From assembly GCA_965206695.1 (NCBI GenBank), contig CBDBKM010000009.1:1-16825 (forward strand): a stretch of DNA of 16,825 nt, given 5' to 3'. The notes below the pieces were generated by a model. That model had not been told where the DNA came from. It saw only the letters and a list, made by a program, of their open reading frames with translations, and did no database searches. Positions within the stretch are counted from its first letter, which is position 1. Each line of letters begins with the position of its first letter. Shown here piece by piece: positions 1 to 9,258 of this stretch. Made by a program: the position numbers and the translations under genes. This DNA comes from Chlamydiales bacterium. Its GTDB lineage: Bacteria > Chlamydiota > Chlamydiia > Chlamydiales > JAAZZY01.

Positions 1-681
1 TGTAAAATTTACAACAAAAAAGTCTTACTAATTGATTTTGATTCACAAGCAAATCTAACAACAGGCTTTGGCCTTGATCCGGATGAGCATGATAGCTTAG
101 CTCCGGTTTTACTGAAAACCAAACAAATTCACGAAGTTATTAAACCCACCTTTCTTCCGAATCTGGATATTATTCCGGCCGATACGTGGCTGGAAAGAGT
201 AGAAGTTACCGGATCGCTTGCATCTGACCGATATTCTCATGAAAAATTAAGAGACCTGATCGAACAAATTCAAAGTAGCTATGACTTTATCTTAATTGAT
301 ACTCCTCCATCACTTTGCTGGCTAACTGAATCTGCTTTAATTGCAGCTCAAAGCTCTCTGATCTGCGCTACTCCTGAATTTTATAGTATAAAAGGACTGG
401 AACGGCTTGCATATTTTATAAACAACATCAGTAAAAGACACCCATTAAATGTTTTAGGAGTAGCTTTATCATTCTGGAATATCAGAGGAAAAAGTAATAA
501 CGCATTTATAGACATCATTAATAGTACCTTTCCGGGGAAATTACTGAACTCTAAAATACGAAGAGATATCGCCATCTCTGAAGCAACCATTTATGGTAAG
601 CCGGTATTCGAAACATCTCCAAATAGCAGAGCCGCCCAAGATTATCATGCTTTAATCGAAGAATTTTTGAATCGAATGTAA
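1..681 (+). CDS. parA: ParA/MinD-family ATPase, chlamydial CT582 / plasmid pGP5-like (5' end outside window)
   Basis: Frame 1 is open from base 1 to TAA at 679-681. It reads KVLLIDFDSQANLT...DFILIDTPPSLCWLTESALIAA...PEFYSIKGLERL...IRRDIAISEATIYGKPVF, which contains the ParA Walker A' and B motifs. It lies directly upstream of a CT583 homolog, as in Chlamydia. Confidence 0.93.
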   Translation, partial: CKIYNKKVLLIDFDSQANLTTGFGLDPDEHDSLAPVLLKTKQIHEVIKPTFLPNLDIIPADTWLERVEVTGSLASDRYSHEKLRDLIEQIQSSYDFILIDTPPSLCWLTESALIAAQSSLICATPEFYSIKGLERLAYFINNISKRHPLNVLGVALSFWNIRGKSNNAFIDIINSTFPGKLLNSKIRRDIAISEATIYGKPVFETSPNSRAAQDYHALIEEFLNRM

Positions 682-801
682 AGCACTTTTACATTATTTT
701 TTTATTTCTTTCCTATTTTGAATATGCCTTGTATATTTTAAAATATTAACATAATGTATTGCATTACTTTGAATAGAGAGTCTTGAAGGGGGGTATTAAT
801 C

Positions 802-1539
802 GTGATGAATAAAGTGAATAAATTCTTAGCTCAAAGATTAAAAAGAGCTGAAAAAACTTCAAAAATGACAGCTTTGGCAACTCAATCTGCTAATGGAAAT
901 TTAACGAGTTTTTCCGGAATATTTGGAATTGCCGAACTAAATCAAGAAGAAAAAAAGTCGCTATCTTTAATGCTAAAAGAATTTGCGGATGAAGATAAAA
1001 ATATCGACAGTGACTTAAGATCCTTAATAACACTTACTTCAGAAGTAAAAGCTATCAACAATCAGGCTATTATTCTTCATGGAGAACGAATCAAACGTGT
1101 CCAAGAAATCTTAAAACGATACAAGGACGGTGCTTTTACAGCGTGGTTAATAAACACATATGGCAATCGGCAAACCCCCTATAACTTTCTACAGTATTAT
1201 GAATTTTATATGTTAATTCCCCCTATTCTAAGGCCTCTTCTAGAATCTATGCCTAAACAGGCTATTTATACTTTGGCAAGTAGAGATGGTGCTTTGGAAC
1301 AAAAAGAGACCCTTGTTAAAAATTATGGTGGTGAATCTAAAAAAGAATTAATCGCTCTTATTAGAGATACCTTTCCTTTATCAGAAAAAGATAAACGTAG
1401 GCAGGATATTGGACAAAATGCGTTTAGCATTTTGAACCGTTTAATCGAAACATTGAGTAAAAAAAATCATTTTATTACTGAAAAGCAAAAATCAATGATA
1501 TTAGACCAACTCAAGCAATTAGAATCATTACTTTCATAA
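802..1539 (+). CDS. CT583 family / pGP6-D-like protein
   Basis: LTSEVKAINNQAIILHGERIKRVQEILKRYKDGAFTAWLINTYGNRQTPYNFLQYYEFY is characteristic of chlamydial pGP6-D/CT583. The start could be GTG 802 or ATG 805, and a G-rich SD lies at 786-793. Confidence 0.92.
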   Translation: MMNKVNKFLAQRLKRAEKTSKMTALATQSANGNLTSFSGIFGIAELNQEEKKSLSLMLKEFADEDKNIDSDLRSLITLTSEVKAINNQAIILHGERIKRVQEILKRYKDGAFTAWLINTYGNRQTPYNFLQYYEFYMLIPPILRPLLESMPKQAIYTLASRDGALEQKETLVKNYGGESKKELIALIRDTFPLSEKDKRRQDIGQNAFSILNRLIETLSKKNHFITEKQKSMILDQLKQLESLLS

Positions 1540-1545
1540 AGGCTC

Positions 1546-2979
1546 ATGGAACAACAATCTTATATTAGTCCACTAGTTAATCGTTACGCCGGTCAATCAA
1601 TGTTGTATTTATTTTCTCCTCAATACAAATATTCGACATGGAGAAAATTATGGATTGCTCTAGCTACTAGTCAGCGAAATACCGGTTTAAAAATATCAAA
1701 TGAACAAATTCAAGAACTCGAAAATCACATTGAGGATATTGATTTTGACCTCGTTAGAAAATATGAGAAGGAATTAAGGCATGAAGTAATGGCTCATATA
1801 CATGCTTATGGGGATCTATGCCCCTTAGCAAGGCCTATTATTCATCTTGGAGCAACCTCTTGTTATGTCACTGATAATGGAAACCTTATTCAATTCAAAG
1901 AAGCCTTAATCCTTATTCAAGCAAAATTAATTCAAGTGATTCGCTACTTAGTCCATTTCATACGAAAATATGCTCGACAACCTTGTTTAGCATATACACA
2001 TTTCCAGCCGGCTCAACCCACAACACTGGGGAAAAGAGCTTGTATGTGGCTTCAAGATTTTTTAATGGATTTGAATGATCTAAATCAAAGAATAGAATCT
2101 CTTCCTTTTTTAGGTGTAAAAGGCACAACCGGTACCCAAGCCGCTTTTCTATCCCTTTTTGAAAACAACCATGCTAAAGTAAAAAATTTAGATAGAGAAG
2201 TAGCCAAAGCCTTTAATTTTTCTAAGCTTTTAAGAATTTCAGGACAAACATACCCTCGAAAGATTGATGTACAAATTCTCGAGCTTTTAAGTGGAATCTC
2301 AGTTAGTGCACACAAATTTTCAACTGATTTTAGATTAATGGCACACTTAAATGAAATGGATGAATCCGCCGAAGATAAACAAATAGGTTCCTCAGCCATG
2401 CCATATAAAAACAATCCTATTAGAACAGAACGTATATGTTCACTAGGCCGTTTTATCATCAGTCTATCCGAAAACCCCAAATATACAGCAGCAAACCAAT
2501 GGTTTGAGCGCACTCTAGATGATTCAGCCAATCAAAGACTTTGTATGTCAGAAAGCTTTTTAGCAACTGACTCGATTTTAAATTTACTCATGCGTGTCAT
2601 TTCGGATGTATCGGTATATCCGGGAGTAATTGAACGACATCTGAGTAAAGAACTTCCTTTCATAGCTACGGAAAATATTCTAATGGCGGCAGTGAAAAAA
2701 GGCGGAGACCGTCAACTCATTCATGAACGCTTAAGGCAACATGCCCGCAATGCGCAAAGACGAATAAAAGAATCTGACCGGGGAAATGACCTTCTTGAAA
2801 GGATAATTAATGATGCATCGATATCAATTTCCAAGAAAGAACTTGAAAACCTACTAAATATTGATAATTTTATTGGTAGAGCACCACAACAGGTTGAAGA
2901 ATTTTTACAAGATGAGGTAAGACCTATATTAGAAAAGTATGAACATATAAGGGTCCCTTTAGAGGAAATCCCTGTTTAA
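1546..2979 (+). CDS. purB: Adenylosuccinate lyase (long, ADSL-like type)
   Basis: Fumarase-superfamily signature GSSAMPYKNNP, plus IHLGATS, THFQPAQPTTLGKR, GVKGTTGTQ and QWFERTLDDSA; 477 aa. Confidence 0.96.
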   Translation: MEQQSYISPLVNRYAGQSMLYLFSPQYKYSTWRKLWIALATSQRNTGLKISNEQIQELENHIEDIDFDLVRKYEKELRHEVMAHIHAYGDLCPLARPIIHLGATSCYVTDNGNLIQFKEALILIQAKLIQVIRYLVHFIRKYARQPCLAYTHFQPAQPTTLGKRACMWLQDFLMDLNDLNQRIESLPFLGVKGTTGTQAAFLSLFENNHAKVKNLDREVAKAFNFSKLLRISGQTYPRKIDVQILELLSGISVSAHKFSTDFRLMAHLNEMDESAEDKQIGSSAMPYKNNPIRTERICSLGRFIISLSENPKYTAANQWFERTLDDSANQRLCMSESFLATDSILNLLMRVISDVSVYPGVIERHLSKELPFIATENILMAAVKKGGDRQLIHERLRQHARNAQRRIKESDRGNDLLERIINDASISISKKELENLLNIDNFIGRAPQQVEEFLQDEVRPILEKYEHIRVPLEEIPV

Positions 2980-2992
2980 TGAGGTCAAACCT

Positions 2993-3529
2993 ATGCTTGA
3001 ATTATCAAACATTGATTCCATTCGAAATGGTTTAAAACGCATTTTTTCAATGAGAATCACAAGATCCACATTTCGTGAAATTCAAAATGAAATTAATATT
3101 GCCGTTAAATTCAAAGAAACATTAGCCCAACAGGTACTGACCGCATTCTTAGATGAGTCAACCTCCGGTATAAAATTCGCAGGAAAAGGGTTTAATCCAT
3201 TTAAACAGTTAATCTCTGATTTTTCAATTCAAATCCAAGTTGCCAAAAATATTCATGAAAAAGGTGAATTTGTTAATTTTATCACTTCAGATACACTCAA
3301 CCGTCAACAAAATGTGACTTTTTTCAATCGTATACGAAGAATTGATGGCCTAGAATATGAATTTGCAACTGACCCGGGTACGACTTTACAGCTAATGCAA
3401 CACTTTCTAGATAAGATAAAGGAAATAGCATCTCTAAAAGTTGATAAAAATACTCAATATGATATGAAAAGACAATTAGAATTCATATCAAATCAAATTG
3501 ATAATCTCATTACATCCATTGAGGATTAA
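2993..3529 (+). CDS. CT584 family protein (chlamydial T3SS-associated)
   Basis: LKRIF...TFREIQN...VAKNIHEKGEFVNFITSD...NRIRRIDG matches recalled CT584. SD GAGG precedes the ATG, and synteny with CT582/CT583 agrees. Confidence 0.9.
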   Translation: MLELSNIDSIRNGLKRIFSMRITRSTFREIQNEINIAVKFKETLAQQVLTAFLDESTSGIKFAGKGFNPFKQLISDFSIQIQVAKNIHEKGEFVNFITSDTLNRQQNVTFFNRIRRIDGLEYEFATDPGTTLQLMQHFLDKIKEIASLKVDKNTQYDMKRQLEFISNQIDNLITSIED

Positions 3530-3780
3530 GAAATTAATTTTCTTTTCAGAATTTGAGTTGTTTCTTCCATAACACTTGCTAAAATCAGACCGGTAGGTTT
3601 TATCGTAGATAAATTTGCCCCCCTGTCCTGCCCATATTGACATTAAATCCGTTTTGTCTTGCTTTGCAGCTACAGAATGAATATCTCTAGTAATGTATTT
3701 TGAATAAGATAGTCCGGTATGATTTCATTAAATTCATCCACTATGGGCATATTGCGATCCGGTTAAATTTCCCCGGATAA
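3526..3780 (-). pseudogene. Nitronate monooxygenase (2-nitropropane dioxygenase family) C-terminal remnant
   Basis: Read across two frameshifts, the minus strand gives IPDYLIQNTL/RDIHSVAAKQDKTDLMSIWAGQG/ANLSTIKPTGLILASVMEETTQILKRKLIS*. One shift is in the C6 run at 3618-3623. The stop at 3526-3528 overlaps the CT584 stop. Confidence 0.8.
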
Positions 3781-3819
3781 TTTAATGTGTATCAGCATTT
3801 TTTTAATAAGAAAACTACG

Positions 3820-3979
3820 ATGCAGCAAGTAGAGATGATAAGTTTAGAAAATTTAATTCCCGCAACGCATTATTACCGTAAATTCGATCAAACTTGGTCT
3901 TTTAACTCTAGTAGAAAAAAGGCTAAAGAAATTGGAGAACCATAACCCTTATAAAGGACTCTGACTTCTTCGATTATTC
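3820..3979 (+). mobile_element. IS5/IS1182-type transposase N-terminal remnant
   Basis: MQQVEMISLENLIPATHYYRKFDQTWSFNS / (+1 shift near 3910) VEKRLKKLENHNPYKGL*LLRLF resembles the DUF772-type transposase N-terminus. It has an internal TGA at 3962-3964 and is truncated. Confidence 0.75.
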
Positions 3980-4016
3980 TATTTTTTTATTTAAACATTT
4001 TATTTGTATTAAACTC

Positions 4017-4466
4017 ATGACAGAAAAATTAAAAGTACTCAAAGATTCACCACCTAATCCATGGTACAAAAATGGCATTAAGTTCAAATGTACCCAATGT
4101 GGAAAATGTTGTACCGGGGGACCGGGTTATGTTTGGGTTTCTAAAGAAGATTGTATGCAAATTTCTAAACACCTTGGTATAGATATTGTGGTCTTTTATA
4201 GAAACTATTTGAAGAAAATAGGCAGCAAATATTCTCTGAAAGAGCACAAAAACTTTGATTACATTTTCCTAAAAGATAAAAAGTGCAGTATTTACGAAGT
4301 AAGACCAATCCAATGTAAAACTTTCCCGTGGTGGCCTCATTTCCTTGAAAGTTCAGATAACTTTAACGATGTAAAAAATCACTGGGAGGGAATTAATCAT
4401 ATTGATGGAGATCTTGTATCTTTCGAAAAAATTCAAAATTCTGTTAATAAACATAATATACATTGA
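4017..4466 (+). CDS. YkgJ-family cysteine-cluster (CxxCxxCC) protein
   Basis: FKCTQCGKCC...CSIYEVRPIQCKTFPWW; two normally conserved Cys positions are replaced. Confidence 0.9.
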   Translation: MTEKLKVLKDSPPNPWYKNGIKFKCTQCGKCCTGGPGYVWVSKEDCMQISKHLGIDIVVFYRNYLKKIGSKYSLKEHKNFDYIFLKDKKCSIYEVRPIQCKTFPWWPHFLESSDNFNDVKNHWEGINHIDGDLVSFEKIQNSVNKHNIH

Positions 4467-4486
4467 ACCCAACAATTGAGGCTGAA

Positions 4487-6256
4487 ATGGTTGACTCAGA
4501 AGTGCATTTAGATGATACCACTCAAAAAAATGTGAGTTCCTGGCTTGCAGGCGATTATGATGACGATTCAAAGAATGAGATCAAAAAACTTCTTAAGGTG
4601 AATCCTCAAAGCATCATTGATGCATTTTATACACATCTTTCCTTTGGAACAGGCGGTCTCCGTGGTCTTATGGGTATAGGCACTAACCGAATGAATCAAT
4701 ATACCGTTGGATCAGCGACACAAGGCCTCGCTAATTATATCAACAAACAACCCAAAACTTATGCTCATCATTCCGTATTAGTCGGCTATGACAGTCGAAA
4801 TAATTCTCGCTTCTTTTCTGAAATTGCCGCTAAAATTTTTGCCGCCAATGACATTAAAGTTTACATGTATAATGAAATGCGTCCCGTTCCACTAGTGTCT
4901 TTTGGTTGTCGCTATAAGCATTGCACTTCTGCCATTATGATTACTGCATCTCATAACCCTCCTGAATACAACGGCTATAAAGTCTATTGGAGTGATGGAG
5001 CACAAGTACTCCCTCCCAATGATATTGGAATCATCAACGAAGTAAAACTTATTACTGATATTAAACTGATCAAGCAGGTTGATCAGTTTTCTCATCCTTT
5101 AATCGAAATTGTTTATGATGAAATTGATAAAGCTTACCTCGCAGCTATCCATAATCTTCAGCATTACCCTGATGCAAATAGAGCTGATGGGCCCAATTTA
5201 AATATCATTTATACTCCATTACATGGAGCCGGATTAACAATGGTGCCTAAAGCTCTTCCTTTATGGGGATTTACAACCTTCAAATTAGTTGAAAAACAGG
5301 CTATACCGGATGGAAACTTTCCCACTGTTAAAAAGCCAAATCCTGAAGAACAGGAAGCTCTTCAAATGGGTATTGATCTGATGATAAAGAATAGGGCAGA
5401 TATACTATTAGGAACTGATCCTGATAGTGATCGAATCGGTGTCGCTATTATGCATGAAGGTAAAGCCACTTTACTTTCCGGAAATGAAACGGCCTGCCTT
5501 TGTCTTAATCATATTTGTAAAGCTATGACTAAACAGAATAACCTTCCTAAAGATGCCGGCTTTGCTAAAACCATTGTTACATCTGAATTACTACCAAGCA
5601 TTGCCAAAGCGTATGGTAAAGTTTGTGGTAATGTCCTTACCGGGTTTAAATATATTGGGCAGCTTATTAAAAATTGGGAAGACTCATCAGATGGAAAACA
5701 ATTTCTTTTTGGTGGCGAAGAATCTTATGGCTATCTTTTAGGTACTCATGCTCGAGATAAAGATGCCGTTGTTATGGCCCCGCTAATCTGCGAAATCGCT
5801 TTACAAGCTAAATTAAAAGGACTGACTCTTTTAGATTTTCTTTATGAAATTTATGAAGAATATGGTATTTACCAAGAAAGACTTTATTCAAAAGTGTATG
5901 AAGAAAGTAAGGAAACAAAGGATAAAATTCAAAAGATTATCGAAAACCTCAGAACATCTCCACCTAAAGCTTTTGCAAATATTCCAATACGCTCAGTTGA
6001 AGATTATCAAACTTCCATGAAATTTGATTTTCAAACAAATAACAAGGAAAGGCTTACATTACCTCAATCAAATGTTTTGTTATTTTGGTTGGATGATGAA
6101 AGTAAACTTGTTATTCGCCCTTCAGGTACAGAGCCTAAAATTAAACTTTATTGCGGTGTTGTCAATAAAACCTTCACCTCTATTCCTGCAGGAATTAAAG
6201 ATGCAGACAGAAGAATTGATCGATTACTTAAAGATTTAGAAACCTATTTGGTTTGA
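4487..6256 (+). CDS. pgm: Phospho-sugar mutase (phosphoglucomutase/phosphomannomutase)
   Basis: FGTGGLRG, phosphoserine motif TASHNP, metal loop DPDSDR, GEES and IRPSGTEPKIK. ATG 4487 follows GAGG; the ORF track uses TTG 4463. Confidence 0.94.
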   Translation: MVDSEVHLDDTTQKNVSSWLAGDYDDDSKNEIKKLLKVNPQSIIDAFYTHLSFGTGGLRGLMGIGTNRMNQYTVGSATQGLANYINKQPKTYAHHSVLVGYDSRNNSRFFSEIAAKIFAANDIKVYMYNEMRPVPLVSFGCRYKHCTSAIMITASHNPPEYNGYKVYWSDGAQVLPPNDIGIINEVKLITDIKLIKQVDQFSHPLIEIVYDEIDKAYLAAIHNLQHYPDANRADGPNLNIIYTPLHGAGLTMVPKALPLWGFTTFKLVEKQAIPDGNFPTVKKPNPEEQEALQMGIDLMIKNRADILLGTDPDSDRIGVAIMHEGKATLLSGNETACLCLNHICKAMTKQNNLPKDAGFAKTIVTSELLPSIAKAYGKVCGNVLTGFKYIGQLIKNWEDSSDGKQFLFGGEESYGYLLGTHARDKDAVVMAPLICEIALQAKLKGLTLLDFLYEIYEEYGIYQERLYSKVYEESKETKDKIQKIIENLRTSPPKAFANIPIRSVEDYQTSMKFDFQTNNKERLTLPQSNVLLFWLDDESKLVIRPSGTEPKIKLYCGVVNKTFTSIPAGIKDADRRIDRLLKDLETYLV

Positions 6257-6272
6257 TGTTCCACGTGGAACA
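6257..6272. promoter_or_regulatory. parS centromere-like site
   Basis: Perfect 16-bp palindrome TGTTCCACGTGGAACA matching the chromosomal parS consensus TGTTNCACGTGNAACA. It starts immediately after the pgm stop codon. Confidence 0.9.
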
Positions 6273-6304
6273 AAAAAAGCAGCTACTAAAAATTAGCAGC
6301 TGCT
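6272..6304 (-). terminator. Rho-independent terminator for the minus-strand gene(s)
   Basis: Minus-strand RNA AGCAGCUGCUAA-UUU-UUAGUAGCUGCU (12-bp stem, one G.U) is followed by a U-tract (A7 at 6272-6278 on +). Confidence 0.8.
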
Positions 6305-6333
6305 CAAGCTATAACAATGTATACTTTAACTAA

Positions 6334-6738
6334 CTAGTTACCTTTGACGTAAACCAAATCTTTTTGTTCGTATTCACTCAATTTCATTTGCCATATCTTA
6401 GCAATAGAAATAAATTTTTTCATTGACTTGGCAAATGCATCAGGTCCCATATCATTAAATCCAAAAAAACAAGAGGCTAAAATTTCACTCGTTTTTTCAT
6501 CTAAACCAATTGCAATGTCAAGATCATCGATTTGATAACGAGCGTTGTGTCCTTCAAGGTAACTCCTTATGCTTTGAGGTATTAATCCTACCCCGGAATA
6601 TATAGGAGATAAAATCACAATTTTATTGTGACAAGGAGACAATTCAATAAAAAATAAAGTACCTCCAATATTTTCTTGTATACTTTTATGCATTACCAAC
6701 CGGTAAAACACATCTCTTAAACAATTTGTTGAAGACAT
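6334..6738 (-). CDS. Hypothetical protein (134 aa)
   Basis: Strong SD AAGGAGG upstream of ATG 6738 and a terminator downstream. The size and alpha/beta pattern with a C-terminal amphipathic helix loosely resemble T3SS chaperones (weak inference). Confidence 0.75.
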   Translation of the reverse strand: MSSTNCLRDVFYRLVMHKSIQENIGGTLFFIELSPCHNKIVILSPIYSGVGLIPQSIRSYLEGHNARYQIDDLDIAIGLDEKTSEILASCFFGFNDMGPDAFAKSMKKFISIAKIWQMKLSEYEQKDLVYVKGN

Positions 6739-6863
6739 ACTCTGAGCCTCCTTAAATGTAAAAAATTAGACAAAGAAAAAAATACTACGACACCGATATC
6801 CTATGACTTGTAAAAGATAGCAGAATTTCATTAAGGTTAAATTAAGATTGTTTTAATGTTAGT

Positions 6864-7565
6864 CTATAAAACATTCCAATTTATTTCTTTTTTATTCCAC
6901 TTAATTAATAATTCATTTATTTTAGAAAAATGCTTACAACCGAGAAAACCCGTATATGCAGAAAAAGGGGAAGGGTGAGATGCTTTTAAAATTACATGAT
7001 TAGATTTTTGATTTGATAAAATATGCTGACATTTTTCTTGAGCTGATTTTCCCCATAAAACAAAGATAATAGGATCCTTTTTTTCAATAATCTTCATTAT
7101 GACCGCATCAGTAAAACGCTCCCAACCTTGACCATAATGTGATTTTGGCTGATTAGCCCGCACTGTTAAGGTAGCATTCAATAAAAGTATGCCTTGATTT
7201 GCCCAAGATAGTAATGAGCCGTGCTCAGGGTTAGAGATCTGAACGTCTGAGCGTAACTCTTTAAATATATTTTGTAGTGATGGTGGAGGCTTAACTCCTT
7301 GATTAACACTAAAACATAAGCCATGAGCTTGACCGGGACCATGATAGGGGTCCTGTCCCATAATAACAACTCTGACATTTGAAAATGGAGTTCTATTAAA
7401 TGCATTAAAAATTAATGATTCCGGAGGATAAATGACAAGATTCTTTGATTTCTCTGCTTTTAGAAATGCTAAAATTTTTTGAAAATCATTACTTTCCAGT
7501 TCATTTTTCAATACAGAACACCAAGAAGATTCAAGAAAAAAATCTTTTTTTAATACTTTATTCAT
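6864..7565 (-). CDS. ung: Uracil-DNA glycosylase (family 1)
   Basis: GQDPYH, HGLCFSV, PPSLQNI, LLLNATLTV and SHPSPFS. ATG 7565 is preferred over GTG 7571. Confidence 0.97.
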   Translation of the reverse strand: MNKVLKKDFFLESSWCSVLKNELESNDFQKILAFLKAEKSKNLVIYPPESLIFNAFNRTPFSNVRVVIMGQDPYHGPGQAHGLCFSVNQGVKPPPSLQNIFKELRSDVQISNPEHGSLLSWANQGILLLNATLTVRANQPKSHYGQGWERFTDAVIMKIIEKKDPIIFVLWGKSAQEKCQHILSNQKSNHVILKASHPSPFSAYTGFLGCKHFSKINELLIKWNKKEINWNVL

Positions 7566-7793
7566 AATCACACATAATCACTTTAATATAAAAAATAAAT
7601 ACACAGTAACTTTTTTTGCTATAATCTAAATAAACGAGGCCTAAAAAAAATTTTATCGATTTGAATTTTCAATTTCAGGTAGTATCATCCATCATTAGAA
7701 TATAATTCTGAGATTTAAACATTTAGACATCAATTAAATATTCGTTAAATTTATCCAAAACTATAGGCCTATCGTCATCAAAAGCTAAAAACT

Positions 7794-9050
7794 ATGACTC
7801 AAAAACTTCACTTTTCTTTCCTTTTATTTTTAGTCGCTATTTCATTTCATCTCCTAGCAGATAAGAAAGATGAAAACGGTATCATCATTGTACCTGTTGC
7901 TGATTTAATTGGGCACGCATTTGCTAATCATTATACAGCTACTCAAATAGATGAGAAATATAATAACATTCCATTTAGCGGAAATTCTAAGGGATGCCTA
8001 CGTCTACATCAAGCTTTGTTCAATGAACAAGTCCAAATTTTAGATGAAAGAGATCGAGAAGTTAAAATTAAAATTTCGAGCTTTTACTATCTTCTTGGTA
8101 ATGATGCTACTCCACAAACAATATTTTGGACACTAAAGCGCAATGTAATCACTTTTAAGCAACTCAAAGACAGAAAAATTGATACTTCTAAATTTCCAAA
8201 ACCGATTCAGTATAATCTAAATTCTTTTGACGATATAAATCGAAATACGGTCACCTTGAAAAAACCCTTTTACGACCCAATAACTAAAAAGCACTATTCA
8301 GTTGGAACTCGATTCATCACACACTCAAGTAGTGTTAATGATTCGTTTGTTAAAGTTTATATATTTGATAAAAATAGGGTTCAATTCAGAACAACCAAAA
8401 TCCCTCGATTTAGCTGCGTTAAAACCACATATAAAAATAATAATGAAAAAATAAAAATGTTTGTTCGTATCCTGAGAAATTGGTCAAACGCAAAAATCGG
8501 ATTTATTCCATATGTTCTAGGAGGATGTAGCTGGACAATCCCATGCACACAAGATAGCTTTGGAAGTAATAGGGAAAAAGATTCAAAAAACAAGCCTGTA
8601 TACTATTACTCTAGAAAAGAATGGAAAGGCACTCCTAAAACCGGATTAGATTGTTCAGGTATGATTGGTCGAGCAGCTCAAATTTGTGGCATACCCTATT
8701 TTTTTAAAAATACAACTACTCTTGTAAAGGAACTACAGCCTTTAAAAAAATCGGATACTTTACAAGAAGGGGATTTGATTTGGATGAAAGGACACGTCAT
8801 GGTAGTGAGTAATTTAGAAAAAAATACCATTATTGAATCAAGAGGCTATGGAAATGGGTGGGGGAAAATGATAGAGCATCCAATTAATCAAATTTTTAAA
8901 GAGGTAAACACTTTTAAAGAATTGAAGTTTATTTTTTTCCAACATAAACCTGTAACACTCCTTAATAAAAATGGCTCTGTTTCTAAAGTCTATTCCAATT
9001 TTAAAATTCTAAAACTTGAAAGTGTTTTCGAAAATAATCCCTTTTTATAA
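7794..9050 (+). CDS. Secreted NlpC/P60 (C40) family peptidase
   Basis: N-terminal signal peptide (MTQKLHFSFLLFLVAISFHLLA) and an SH3-like segment (VPVADL...HQALFNEQV). The C-terminal part has PYVLGG...GLDCSG...GDLIWMKGHV...IIES, a Cys/His/Glu catalytic layout. Confidence 0.85.
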   Translation: MTQKLHFSFLLFLVAISFHLLADKKDENGIIIVPVADLIGHAFANHYTATQIDEKYNNIPFSGNSKGCLRLHQALFNEQVQILDERDREVKIKISSFYYLLGNDATPQTIFWTLKRNVITFKQLKDRKIDTSKFPKPIQYNLNSFDDINRNTVTLKKPFYDPITKKHYSVGTRFITHSSSVNDSFVKVYIFDKNRVQFRTTKIPRFSCVKTTYKNNNEKIKMFVRILRNWSNAKIGFIPYVLGGCSWTIPCTQDSFGSNREKDSKNKPVYYYSRKEWKGTPKTGLDCSGMIGRAAQICGIPYFFKNTTTLVKELQPLKKSDTLQEGDLIWMKGHVMVVSNLEKNTIIESRGYGNGWGKMIEHPINQIFKEVNTFKELKFIFFQHKPVTLLNKNGSVSKVYSNFKILKLESVFENNPFL

Positions 9051-9106
9051 TCATCTACATCCCGGAAGCTCAAAAACGCTCATCACCAATCAAAAAGAAT
9101 TGCAAT

Positions 9107-9253
9107 TATACTGATTTAAGTTGAAGAATTGACAAATTGAGTTGAACTAATCATTCTAAAATGATCTGTTATTCGCCTTGTTAAAAGATCAGAATAGCTA
9201 TTGATTGGATTTGCAAGTTTCCACAAGCATTCAATAAGGTTCAGATTAGGACT
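9107..9253 (-). mobile_element. IS630-family transposase C-terminal remnant with probable element end
   Basis: From 9253 the minus strand reads SPNLNLIECLWKL...LTRRITDHFRMI...* (stop 9116-9118), matching the IS630 SPDLNPIERLW motif. TATA at 9107-9110 fits a TA target site. Confidence 0.72.
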
Positions 9254-9258
9254 TTGAC

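Noticed and set aside
381..590. Minus-strand 69-aa ORF
   Set aside because: Antisense shadow of the parA-like gene.
2085..2531. Minus-strand 148-aa ORF
   Set aside because: Antisense to purB, with no recognisable motifs or SD.
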